Source of the DNA: Chrysomallon squamiferum
Taxonomy: Eukaryota; Animalia; Mollusca
DNA length: 64,000 nucleotides
Assembly (NCBI GenBank): GCA_012295275.1
Contig: CM022665.1
Span: forward strand, 17,918,001 to 17,982,000
Direction: 5' to 3'
The translations under genes and the position numbers were made by a program. Position 1 is the stretch's first letter. Every line of letters starts with the position of its first letter. Shown here in pieces: positions 26,506 through 39,355 of the stretch. The notes under the pieces were generated by a model. It was not told where the DNA came from, made no database searches, and worked only from the letters and a program-made list of their open reading frames with translations.

Positions 26506-26537
<32 letters not shown>

Positions 26538-26699
26538 TTAAAAAGGAAGAATATTCGATTTAACTGAATTTGAAACAACTCCGAAGATAAGAGTTTAAAA
26601 GAAAAGAGTAAAAGGGTAATTCATTATTTTCAAATGTTACGAGGTTATTTTTTCTCTGGTCTGACAGTTACAAAATGAAGAGAGGTTTTTCTAGCTTAT

Positions 26700-27963
26700 T
26701 TTAGCAGAGTTCGCATTATCAATTGATTTATGGAGCCGTGACGTAATTTGTGTGAAGTATATTTTGTGTAATCTTAGGCTAGTACATGTAAGAAAGGCAG
26801 AGTCGTATAATATTTTGTATCAAATATGCTTGATTATATATTTATTTATTTATTTATTATTTATTTATTCATTATTATTATTATTATTTTGTGTGTGTCT
26901 TAGTATTTATTTATTTTTAAAATTTTATTTATTTTTATATTTATTTCGTTATTTACTTGATAACTATGGTATTTACTGTTTTTCTTCTTAAATTTATTTT
27001 ATTAATTTTAAAATTTTGTTTTAAAGGATAAAGATAAAGATAAAAACTAACTAACTAAATAACGTTTTTTATGCTTTTTATAATGAGGGCGGTCCCATAA
27101 TTTCAAAAATGAGGACACGAACATTGTGGTGGATGTATTTCAAGATAAAATTAGTTTAATTTTGCATAATAACAACAGCAACAACAACAACGGAGACAAA
27201 AAACACACGTCAAAAATACTTTCCGCAGCGACTGGAGCGCGTTAGTATGTAATCATTGAACGTCAGTTTATAAAGAAATTTTGATACGATTTTCTCAAAT
27301 AATATTGTAATCCCCGATGATGATGATGATGATAATGACGTAAATAAACAGACAGAAGATTAGTTCAAGAAGCATTAATAAATTACATTTAGGTTTAACT
27401 GGTTTAACGATAATGGCTCAGAGAGTAAACCCGATTCTTTTGTTTATTAGAATCGTTTATATTTGCATACTATATTCATCTTTCAATAGTCAGGAAAGTG
27501 TACTTGTCCGCAATATTGTTTGTCAATGCTGGTGATCTGGGTGAAATTTAGAAATAAAATAATTAAAATATTAATAATGAAACAGAAATAAAGTATATTA
27601 AATTGTTTAATTTCAAATTCTAATTCAAATATAATTTAAAAAAAAATAAAAAATAAAAATAAATATGTGGTAATAAATTTATAAATGCAGGAAACAGAAT
27701 ATGAAGTTTACCTATTACATTATTAACGAACAGTAAATATACGTTTAATATAACTGTTTACAAGTATATCAGCCGTAATGGTATGTCTGCATTGACAAAA
27801 ACAAAACAAAACAAAACAAAAAACATCGCAGCCTATGTTGTTCGCCGTAGTCTTCTTATTTACTGTTAGTGTCAAGTTTTGTCTCCTCTTTACGCAACGA
27901 TTTCTTGGAAAATAATAATAAAAAGTTAGGTATACTTTTTAGTTCAGACAACAGTAAATTAAT

Positions 27964-28027
<64 letters not shown>

Positions 28028-28308
28028 AACTTTAAATTAGTATTCACCAAACTGGACTTGGGTTAAGCGTTTCGTTATTATCATCTTTGTTAGCAGCGGC
28101 TTATGTCGTCTAAATGCAGCTGTATTAGACAGGTCACGTGTCTTCAGACCTGAAGGAAGATTATGAAATTTGTTTCTTTTCAGTTATTATTATTATTACT
28201 GATATCTATATATATATATAACACAATAAATAAAAATGATTGGATTTGATTAGGAAAGTTATCGTTTTGAGATCTTATCAATATTACAAAATTAGTTTTT
28301 GCTTTTCA

Positions 28309-28347
<39 letters not shown>

Positions 28348-28624
28348 GATTAAAAAAAAAAAAAAAAAAAAAAAAAACAGAAAGAAATAAAGAAAAATAA
28401 GAGCAGCAAAGTAATCATCCGCTGCACAACGAAACTGGTATTTTGTGATTCGACATGCGACGAAGCATCAGTAATTTTTTACGTGTGTGTGTGTTTTCAG
28501 CATCTAATCTTTTCTGCATATCAATGGATTTTAAATAATTATACACAGATATACTATCATGCTTCATTTTTATTTCACGCGATACCGACTTACATATTCA
28601 ACGTTCTTGACTTAGCAACAGCAT

Positions 28625-28659
<35 letters not shown>

Positions 28660-29924
28660 CAACGACTCGGTCCTAATACTGAATGTGACCGTGACGGTGA
28701 TTAAAATGAAAATCACATTAGTGGATCGTTTAATGCGTCAACATAAAATGTAGTCCCTCTAGTTGTACACGGGACTGTGTTAATGGACTTATGAAAACGA
28801 TATTGATGAGCAATTATGAAGAAGCACCCTCTGAGTTCTTCTGCTTCCGGATTCTAAGAAAAACAGGCTCCTTTTAAGCATGAGAAGATCATTTCCTATT
28901 TTAGTTTGTTGCGAGCTTTAAAATAACAAATTAAATATATGAAATTAAATTAAATTTAAATTAATTAATTATTCAAATAAATATTTGTGGAGGAACAGAA
29001 AAAAAGAAAAAGAAAAAAGAAATACAAAGGATGGATAAGTACATCTTAAATTCGATACTGATTTTGGTGTAACTTTTTGTCAGTCTCTAAGTATATTTAT
29101 TATTTCGTTAGATATGTTGTAGCTGGATAATGCTTGCCCGGGGCCTTCGACGCAAAACTTTACTCCCCAGCTGGTATCAACAACAGAGGTATAGTCTGAC
29201 CGTGACGTCACTGAAATCGCCTCTGTACATTCAGATATTTACTCGTTTGTAATTATATTGTGTAATACTAACATAAAATATGTCATTTACCAGGATCATA
29301 GAAACTCCACTGCGATGATGATGATGACGATGATGACAACAATAATAATAATAACAAACAACAATCACTACAACGACAACAACAACAACAGTAACAATAT
29401 TAATAATAATATTTGGTGAATAATAATATGTGGTATAAAGGATATAATTACGACGAAATTACACACTGTGTATATAACAATAATTATCGAAATAAATAAA
29501 CTCGTCTTCGAATACGGTTTCATTAAAACCAAAACAAACCAGATTAGATGTGTTCCAGTATCAGACGTGCCTACTGTTTGTGAGATGGGGGTATTAGCTT
29601 GTAGTAGAGGTGGACGGTAACAGGTTTTCGCTAACACCGCTAAGTGCCGACAGACCACACAATATGCCATCCAGACTTTTAAACAATTATCACTACCATG
29701 GCTAGTCCGCAAAATACGATAACACTATGATTAAATTTTCTTCAGGAGACATTTTCTCCGAATATAGCCCGGGGTCTAACATGTGTTTCAACGTAGTCGT
29801 TGTTCGTGGAAAGCTGCAGCAACTTATAAACAGTGTCTTTAAAAGGACATTTAAAAAACGGTTTTCCACTGAGAGTGACTGATTTTATTTTAAAGAACGA
29901 CTAGAAGCTATAACTTGGTTTGTA

Positions 29925-29987
<63 letters not shown>

Positions 29988-30100
29988 AATAAAATGATGA
30001 TGATGATGATAATAATAGATATAATAAATTGTAAAAATCAAAATGTAATTTTAGTAGTACGAAAGAAGACGAGTGTACTTAGGTCTACCTGTATTAAAAT
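26700..30100. promoter_or_regulatory. CpG-retaining domain with clustered TF-like motifs (candidate promoter or enhancer region)
   Basis: CG dinucleotides are visibly common here and scarce after ~30.1 kb. TGATTTATGG at 26724, GTCACGTG at 28133, palindromic CRE TGACGTCA at 29203, and CCGTGACG three times. Confidence 0.35.
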
Positions 30101-30870
30101 GATATTGAATGTACCATGTCTGATAATATAAATAAATAAATAAATACAATAGTAAAAACAGAAAAGAATGTTATATCATGTAAATCTGTCTATATCAGTA
30201 TGTTTTCTCATCTTACTATCCATTGATAAAAACATCAGCAACAACAAAAACACCATCAAAATAAAGGCTGTCTCTGGAATACTTTCTGTTCCAAACAGTA
30301 CCCATGATCACAGTTTATGAATAGTCATTAAGGCTTTCCTAGCTGTCCATAAGAAGGTGCTATAAAGTATCTTTTGCTGCTAATTTATAATTGATAAATG
30401 TAGTGGTTGTTCATTTTAGAGAGAGAGAGGTGGGGGAGGGAGGGAGAGAGAGAAAGGCATGAAGCATGATTTAATATTTTTTAAATAATTAGTCAGGTTA
30501 TCTTTCCATTTTTCCATCTGTTTGTTAGTGATAATAACAACAAACTGATAACAGCAAAAATAATTATTACTGTCATTTTAAAATGTATTTCATTTCAGAA
30601 TACAAGAGACAACAAACTACATTGTGATGTCTCCAAATGTCATTAACTTCATTTCAGTAACTATTTGAAGTACCAGTCTGCCCTGAACTGAAACAGTGAC
30701 AGTCACTAGAGATTTCAGCACAACTGTTATTTTTATATGAAGAAAGTTTGAGAAAAGCCCTGTTTTATAACGAGATTACTCTCCGGAGTACTGTCAGCCT
30801 GGGACAAAATTCTCTGGTCTATTGTCAGTGTGGGACGAAACTGCTCCGGCTGTCTATTGATCAGAAACAC

Positions 30871-30895
30871 TTGTCAATTAGAGATTAATTGACAA
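30871..30895. promoter_or_regulatory. Perfect 10-bp inverted repeat TTGTCAATTA-n5-TAATTGACAA
   Basis: The palindrome is seen directly. Each arm joins a homeodomain TAATTG core with a TALE-type TGACA core; function is inferred. Confidence 0.4.
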
Positions 30896-32284
30896 CTTCT
30901 CATTACCCGGATGGAATTCACATCCCGTCTAGTCAAGGAGTTACATTTATACTCACAATTGACATAAAGATTACATTCCATACAATTTCAAACTTTTACT
31001 TAACTTGTCACAGGGATGATGCTTTCAGATAGGCTCAATCAATGTTCTTGTGGATGGTGTTAATCCAACGCATAATCTGGGTTTATTGGATCTCTTTCAA
31101 CTGCGTTTAATTGCTAATGTAAATTGACGTTAGAAGACTTTCTTTGTAGGTCAGATGTAGAGCTTCAGAATGAACTCTTTATTTGGAGAATTTAATTTTA
31201 CAAAAGACTTTTCTCTGAGATGGCTGCAGAAGGAGAGGGATAGACCAAAACAAGATGCAGAGGATGATGGGGGAAAGATAGACCTAACTAGATGTAGATG
31301 ACGATGATGGGGAGATGGAAAAAACAAAATGTAGAGGAGGAAGATGATGGAGAGATAGACAAAACAAGATGTACATGAGGATGATGATGATGATGATAAT
31401 GATAATGTTGGAGAGATACAAGGGAAAAGAGACTGATTCTGCAGTATTTAGAGAGGTGTATCTCTAAGTGTGGAGGTGAATTCTGGCTGCAGTCATAGTC
31501 CATGTAAATATCTCCACCGAGAAGTAACATTTTCTGTCTTTCTGACTCTCCAGAAACTAGTAAAACTCTCTCATTCTTTCTTTTACTTTCCATACCTCAC
31601 TTTTTCTCTTTTGCTCTGGCTCAATTTCACTACTTCTTTTTTTCTCTCTTCTTTCTTTCTTTTTCTGTCTTTCTTTCCAAATTATTTTAATAGTATTATC
31701 CTTGTGTTTCTCTGTCTTTTAAACTTAACTTAATATTCCTTTCACATCTCTCTTTCTTTCTCTCTTTTTCACTCACTTTTTCTCTTTCATTCTCTTTCTT
31801 TCTCTCTGTCACTCTCTCTTATTGTCTTTGTCTCATTGTCTCTGTCTTTCTTTTAGTCGTTATTCTTTTTCTCACACTCTTCTTTGTCTGTATGTCTCTG
31901 TTTATCTCTGTCTCTCACTTTAGCTCTGTTCCTTTTTTAATTGCTATCTTAGTTTCTTTATGCATTTTTTTTCTCTCTTTCAGCCTTCCAAAAATAAAAA
32001 ATGTTTCACTTAAATAATTTTCAAGTTAATAAAACCATCAGAGAGAAAAATACCTGAATTTCAACACACCACAAACTCACCACAAACCTGAGAGAAGCAG
32101 CTAGTCAGAGATCCAGATCTTGAAAAGCACTTTATCTGAGCTTTATCTGAATTGGGATACAACTCTTTTCAAACAGTTAACAGCTTCAGTAAAAAAAATT
32201 TTGTTAACAACTTGTAAAGATTTATCAATACTTGCCCCATATTTTAATGTCCAGACAGAATATTTTAATACACAACTGTTCTGA

Positions 32285-32340
32285 TAAGGTCAACTGGATT
32301 TGAACCCTAGGCCTCATAAACAAGAATACACTGATCAGAC
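32285..32340 (-). mobile_element. Possible tRNA-derived SINE head remnant
   Basis: The minus strand reads gggttcaaatccagttg, a perfect Pol III B box GGTTCAAATCC. The A box is weak. Confidence 0.25.
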
Positions 32341-33907
32341 TTGGGTCTTGTTCAAAAAGAAAATGGTTAAGTTATAATATCAGTGGTAGGTTTTGACACA
32401 AACACATTTAAATTTGTCAAAGATGAAAACTATAAGAGCAGTTGTAAATAATGTATTTGTTAATGTATGAAATGTACTTTTAATTTTAATAGAAAAGGTT
32501 GTGTGTGTTTGTATTTGGTTGTATGTGTGCCTATAATTATGTGTGTATGTTTATATGTGAGTGTGTGTATGTAATTATACTTTTTTCTCTTTCATTTGGA
32601 TGCCAGTTGAATCCATTTTTTTTTTTAATCTTTTTACTTACATATCAATTTATGATATTCTAACTGATCATTGCAGTTTTTTATTGTAAATTTATAAAGC
32701 AGAAATGGAAATGCAACAATTTTTTTAAAGTTGCTTTGTAACGTAACAACTGAACTGAAAAATACTTTTGCTTTTTACATCAACTGATAATCTTCTGGAT
32801 GAAGGTGAAAATTACTTCACTTTTTGTCTCACAGCCCGTCAAGTAAAAAACACCAATCATATAATCCTTAAGATGTTGAAGTTCTGAAGTTTAATTCCAT
32901 CTCACTGAGACTTCACAACTTGAGACAGACAGAGTCTGGTTTTAACCACTTGTTTCTGTAACTTGTCTAAAAACAAAATTTAATTAAAATTCTGCTTGAT
33001 TTGAAAAACAAAAAGGGAAATTTCTATTACATTTTTTAATCTGAGAGAAGAAATGATTTTTGCAGACGGTTGTAGCTTGGACTGATTTCAGATGATACTT
33101 GTTGTGTTTGTCACTGAGCCAGGACAGTTCTGTTGGTTGATGTCTAATTTAAAACTCAAGATTTGTTCGCTTGAGCAACCTTAAAGAGAACAGTGTTTAA
33201 GCTAGGCTTGATTTATTCTCAAAATCTTTCCAAATCGGGTTCAAATGCAACGTTTCAGCTTATCTAAAAAATAATAAATAAAAATAGATTAAGAATAAAA
33301 AAGAAAGAAAGAAAAAAAACAGAATAAAGAAAGAAGAAGATGAAAAGATTTGGTTTAACCTAGCATAGATAAGGATATATTCTCTTCAAGCACTTGATAT
33401 TTGACATGTTTACATGTACTTTTATTGAAATGGAATGTTATTTAGTGATTCCATAGCTTTGAATAATAACATCCTGATCCATGGGAAGGTGCATATAAGA
33501 TATTACTTGCTTGCTAACTGATAAGAATGGTCCTTGATGCAACAATAATGAAAAACACACACACACACACATATATATATACATACATAAAAAAATGCAT
33601 GTGCACATACTTACAGATATACATATATACATAGATACATACATACATTCATACAAACACACATAAACTCAAGCAGAATATGCTTGCACACACACACACA
33701 GACACATTTGGATATATAAATACATACCAGCAACCCAGACAGATATGTAATTACATAATTATATTATTTTTGTTGGTCTAGTATTAAAACAAACCATAAC
33801 TCATTCATAATTCATTGCTTTTCAGTTCCTTATTCTTTTGACTGACAGATTAACAGACAGCCAGACAGACATAAACCTAATCCAGAAGCATTACTTGTTC
33901 ACAGGTT

Positions 33908-33990
33908 GTCTTGATGGCTGAGTGGTTACATCGTCTGCCTTTGGAGTGTGGGTGAATGGGTGCCATACATTCGAGTTTCATCATCAGTAT
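33908..33990 (+). mobile_element. Decayed tRNA-like sequence (tRNA pseudogene or SINE head)
   Basis: gtcttgaTGGCTGAGTGGtta matches the 5' half and A box of Leu/Ser-type tRNAs; a degenerate B box cattcgagtttc lies ~45 nt later. No intact cloverleaf. Confidence 0.45.
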
Positions 33991-35439
33991 CTGATGAGGT
34001 TTAATAAATAAATAAATCGTTAAATAAATTATTTTAATAATTAAATTAAATAAAATTAATAAATAAATAAATATACATACATGTGTATGTGTATGTGTGA
34101 GTGTGTGTGACAAAATTCAATTAATAAATAAATGAGCAAGTAAACATAAAATAAAATCAACAAAAATAAAAACTTATTTTAGGAGTGGTTGGTATTTATT
34201 CTCAAACATTTTTTCTAAGAGAATCAACCAGCTTTGAAGAAACCGTATTTTGTATGTTTTATAGCACCTATTTTTCTTTACTAAATATTTATTTCACTGT
34301 ATTTGACAAAATATCTTTTATAATCTACACAGAATTTCTCTTATGAACAGAAAGTTTTCTCTTCCATTCCTTTGGATATGGGAAGTTTCACTTACACATA
34401 TTAGTTTATAATTGTGTTTAGTAATACAAATTATCTCACCATACAGAGTTATCTAGCCTTTTAACCTTGTTTTTGTAATCTCTGAAAAAAAAAAGGAGAA
34501 AAAGAGAAAAGCACTCGGATAAATTGTGTATGGAAAAGTTCATATAAGAGATACTTTGCTTGTAATGGCCAACAGATGCCTATACTGTGGCAGCAACAAC
34601 AGCCCTAACAACAACAAAAAAAAAAAAAGAAGCTCTCAGTTAAATTGAAACATGCAGTTCTTCAGTTATTCTTCTTTTATTGGTTGTTAGTGTCTGTATT
34701 CTTTCGTTCATTATTTTTCTTTTTTTCTTTTTCTTTTTGCTGCTGCACAGAAAACCTTTCATCCAATCAGCATTAACGACTACAGTCAGAGAAGAGCAAG
34801 AACAAATTACACACACACCTTTATTTGTTAAAATTACTCTAGTAAATGACAGCTTCTTAGTCAAGTTCAGAGAGATAGGTTTTAATAATAATGTTTAATA
34901 ACATCCCAATGTGAAAAAAACCCTCAGTATGTCAGAGACAGATGGTGAGTAAGAAAGCTGAATAAATGAATTTTAAGAACATCTTTATAATCTTAATTCT
35001 TCTTTTTCTTCTTCTTCTTCTTCTTCTTCTTATTATTATTATCATTATTTTTATCAAATTCATCATAATTTCAAGATATTTCTTACAAGGCTTGTCATAC
35101 AAAAATTTGATAAAAAATAACAACAAATTAATAATAAATAAAAGGAAAAAAGAAAGAAAAACAGAAAAGAAATAGAATTCTGTTTTAAAACAATATCATA
35201 TAATGCAAAATCCACCAGTAATGTGATAAAACTATCCTTATATATGTGTGTGTGTGTATATATATATATATAAAGACATATTTTTAATTTTAGCAATAAT
35301 ATTATTCAAGATTTATTTTTATTTATCTTAATAAGAAAATGGTGTTTTTTCATTATGTTTTATTATTGTTAGTGTTTAAGTAGCACAAAATCATGTTCTC
35401 TCTGAAAGTTTAAAAATCAAAAATCATTTATAGATATGG

Positions 35440-36250
35440 TTACTTACTGATCTCTGTAAAAATATTGAAAATACATCTTTAATTACATTGTTTGAATAAA
35501 CATCTAGAAATAATAATGACTTCTATATCTCTAAAAATCTTTTTTACAGGAAAAAACCCATCTTTCAAGATCTATCTTAAATTTTGTTTCAATAGATATC
35601 TGGAGATAATTGTCAATTCTATTTTCTGTAAAAAAATCTTAATTTGAAAAAAAAAACTATTTTAGATTTCTATAAAAATATTGAAAATACTTCTTTAATT
35701 ACATTCTGTGGCCAAACATCTTAAATAATGGTCATTTCTAGGTCTATAAAAATCTTAATATTGAAAAACATCTTTCTGCATCTCTGTTAAAAATTATCAA
35801 TATTGAAAATGCATTTTTAATTGTATTCTTTGAAGAGACATCTAATTATAACAGTTACTTCTAGATCTCTATAAAAGTCTTAATATTGAGAAAAAACCCT
35901 ACCTTTCTAGGTCTCTATAAAAATATTGAAAATACATTTTTAACTGCAACAGATATCTAGAGATAAAGGTAACGTCTAGATCTCTATAAAAATGTCAGTA
36001 TTCAAAACCATCTTTAATTTCATGGTTTGAACAGACATCTTTCTAGATCATAATACAGAAAAAATATCTTGAATCTCTATAAAAATGTTAAAATTGAAAA
36101 ATACATTTTTAATTACATTGTTTGAACATACATCTAGAGATAATGGTCACTTCTAGATTTCTATAAACATGGTAATATTGAAAAAAACACATCTTTAATT
36201 ACATTGTTTGAACATACATCTAGTCGTCTAGTGATAATGGTCACTTCTTG
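35440..36250. repeat. Decayed ~80-120-bp tandem repeat with higher-order variation
   Basis: tctataaaaatattgaaaatacatctttaattacattgtttgaa..catctagagataatggtcacttctag recurs about 7-8 times. Confidence 0.85.
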
Positions 36251-36259
36251 GTTCTTGAT

Positions 36260-36500
36260 TGCAGCAGTAATTTGCATGCCTCCTCCAAATTAGCGATAAT
36301 TGTGAACATAATGCCTTAACTGCCGGCCTCAGCGTGGCATAAAGTAAATACCGTAATTACCAGGAGTTAGCTAACTTGTTATCACCATGGATGTTGTTAT
36401 ACTGTGTGTCTTTGTGTGGCGATATATCTACAGCGTCGCAAATTTCATACGGCAATGTTGGCAATGTTCTCCGGAAGCATTTCAAGTGTATCCATTAACG
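36260..36500. promoter_or_regulatory. Complex GC/CpG-richer island in a CpG-poor region, enhancer-like
   Basis: Octamer ATTTGCAT at 36270-36277, several TAAT/ATTA cores and palindrome gttagctaac; no ORF. Function is inferred. Confidence 0.3.
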
Positions 36501-38005
36501 ATATTATTTCTCTGTTCTTTGAACAAGTGATGGTGTTGGATTAGGTTTATGTCTGTCTGGCTGTCTGTCAGTCTGTCAGTCAAAAGAATAAGGAAATGAA
36601 AAGCAATGAATTATGAATGAGTTATGGCTGTTTTATTACTAAACCAATATAAGGAATATATGTGTTTATGTGTCTGTGTTACTGTGTATCTAAATGTGTG
36701 TGTGTGTGTGTGTGTGTGTGAAGGTACATCTATATGCACACGTTTGTCAGTGTGTGTATGCTTGTATGTCAGTGTGTACTTGTACATGTATGTGTTTGTG
36801 CGTGTATGTACATATGTATGAATTTATGTATCCATGTGTGGGGGGTGGGGGTGTCTTTTTTTCTTTACTTTCTTTCTCTCATTTCATATTTTTCTCTGTT
36901 AATTTATTTTTCTTTCATTTTTTCTTTTCTCTTTCTCTATTTCTTTTTCTTTCATTTTTTTCTTTTCTCTTTCTCTATTTCTTTTTGTATTTTTCTTCTT
37001 TCATTTTCTTTTATATATTTTGTTTATTTTTTCATTCTTTTTCATTTCTTTCTTTTCTTCATTCATTCTTCTTTCCTTCTACTGTGTTATTTTATGTTTT
37101 TTATTAATACATTTTCATAAAATATTTTTTAAAACTCCAGCTTTGTTGTACTTCTTCACTGAATGATTTGTTTTATTTATATTTTCTAAAAATTATTTAA
37201 TATTTAGAATTCTATTCTAATTTGTGAATTTAAGAAAAACTGAATTAAATTAAATTTCTTACATATAATTTATATAAATTATTATTATTATTATTATTAT
37301 TTTTATTTTTATTTTTTTTATTATTATTATATAAATAAACATTAAATGACTAACAGTTTCACTTTACATTAAAATTTCTTTATTAAAATATTTGTTTTAA
37401 TTTCTTTCTTTACCGAACTGTTTAATATTTGGCATTAAATTCACTTTATTAAAAGCTTAACTGATTATAACAATTTGATTTTAAACATTCACTTTATAGC
37501 TTTTCATTCAAAATAATTTAACAAAGAAAATTGTTTTAGATTTTATGCCCTTAAAATTTCTATTTATAGTTTTTCAGTGTTAAAAGTTTGACTTCACATT
37601 AAAATTTCTAGGTTAACAATTTTACATTAAATAATTTTAATTTTACATTAACTCTCTAGTGTTGAAAACTTGATTTAATATTAAATTTCCAGTTAAAAAC
37701 ATAACATGTCATTGAATTTCCAGTCCAGAATTAATTTAACATTAAATATCAAGCTAAAACTTATTTAACAATAAATTTCAATTTAAAAAATAACAATATT
37801 TTAAGTTAAATTATCAGTATTAAAAACAAACTAGCATACTATGACTCTGCTAACATATTTTGACTCAGCTATGAATTTTCTGTATTAAGAACTTAAAATA
37901 TTTCTTCAGTTAACAAACTTTGATCTTAAAAACTTCATTTAATAACACTTAATGAAAAAAACAACTTTAAAGAAAAAAATTCATTTTTTATCCTCTCTTA
38001 GTTAA

Positions 38006-38099
38006 AAAGTGCAAGCTTTGCTGAGGGCATATTCGACTAATACTTTGTATGGTGGTGATTACCACTGATAATTTTACATTGCGATGTGGGATACGACAA
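38006..38099 (+). mobile_element. Possible heavily decayed RTE-type LINE RT scrap
   Basis: KVQALLRAYSTNTL followed in a shifted frame by TTDNFTLRCGIRQ resembles the L..LY....F....GVRQG segment of LINE RTs. The expected G..LSP..F continuation is missing. Confidence 0.3.
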
Positions 38100-38799
38100 C
38101 TGCAGACTTGGCATTCACCAATAAGGCCATCTTGTATTGATTTTTCAAGCGAATGCAAGAATCTTGGAAAAGACTACACTGAACAATGGAGAAGAGCAGT
38201 TCAGAGCTTCACCGAGTACTTCCAGACAAGAAGATCTTATAAACACAGCCGTTTACGCATACATGGTCGTATAATTATTCAAAATCTTTGTGTGTTTTTT
38301 TTTTTCACCATCATCGTCATCATCATCACTGTCATAAGAATATGGATTCAGATTGTGGTGTTGTAGCTGTTGAAATGTGCCCTCTACGGCTTGACTACAG
38401 CATTTAAAGTGCTTTCATCCATGGATAAAAACCGCAGTACGTGAGTATATTCGATTCTTATTTACCATTCAGGGAATTATTGTTATTTTTTTTGTTTTAT
38501 ATCTATCACTAAAATAACATACTAACACGACTAAAAATCATCATATACTAACACATCTATTACTGTAATAAATGAACAGAGGATATGCACCAATTCAAAG
38601 TTAAGAATCCTGTTTCTATAAGCTTGTCAATATTACAAAAGAACTTGCCGGCATCTGATGAATCTTAAACACAGTAATGAAGAATTCTATTCGTGTCTAC
38701 TGATGGCATCATGCCTCTGGTATTAAATATTCCTGCTGGCACTTCTGCCCTTTGGCTTTCACAGAGACATGGATCTTTCTAAAATCTTAGAATTCTATA

Positions 38800-39355
38800 G
38801 GAAGGATTAAATTGTGTTATTATTATTTTTTTTTTTTTCACAAATGAGAAAGAGTTTAAATATATCAGACATCAATGTATTGTAATATGGACTACAATTT
38901 ATAGTTATTTAGGAAGGATTAAATAGTATGTTCTTTTTGGGGGAAAGAGTTTAAATATATCATAGAATAATATTAATATCGGGGGTAAAATGGTGTTTTT
39001 TTGTGTGTTTTTTTAAACTGTTCAAATATACCATAGACAACAATATATATGGGAATAAAACAGATTTTGTTTTATAAAGGGAAAATAGTTTAAATATATC
39101 ATAGATTACAACATATATTTACACAGGAAGGATTAAATCTTATTATTTGTTTTGGAAAGAGTTTAAAAATACCATAGACTACAATGTATAGTTGTATATA
39201 TAAGGATATAATTGAAAGGATATAATTACTTTTTTTTTTTTTTTTCACTAAAGCAGAAGAGTTTAAATATACCACAGACTGTATGGGAATAAGGTGGTAG
39301 TTGTTTACAAATGTAATGGGAAATAGTTCAAAAATTAATATACCATAGACTATAG
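38800..39355. repeat. Decayed ~70-100-bp tandem repeat
   Basis: (a)gagtttaaatata(t/c)catagac recurs about 7 times and ggaaggattaaat 3 times. Confidence 0.75.

Noticed and set aside
29368-29712. 114-aa minus-strand ORF in the CpG-rich domain
   Set aside because: Non-ATG start, ends in a trinucleotide repeat, and has no recognisable domain or clear splice boundaries.
30777-30865. Hammerhead-like GGACGAAAC..GTC
   Set aside because: The required upstream CTGANGA and stem II are absent; a short ~32-bp local duplication explains it better.
33908-33990. Functional tRNA gene
   Set aside because: The A box is good, but the B box is degenerate and the acceptor and anticodon stems do not pair.
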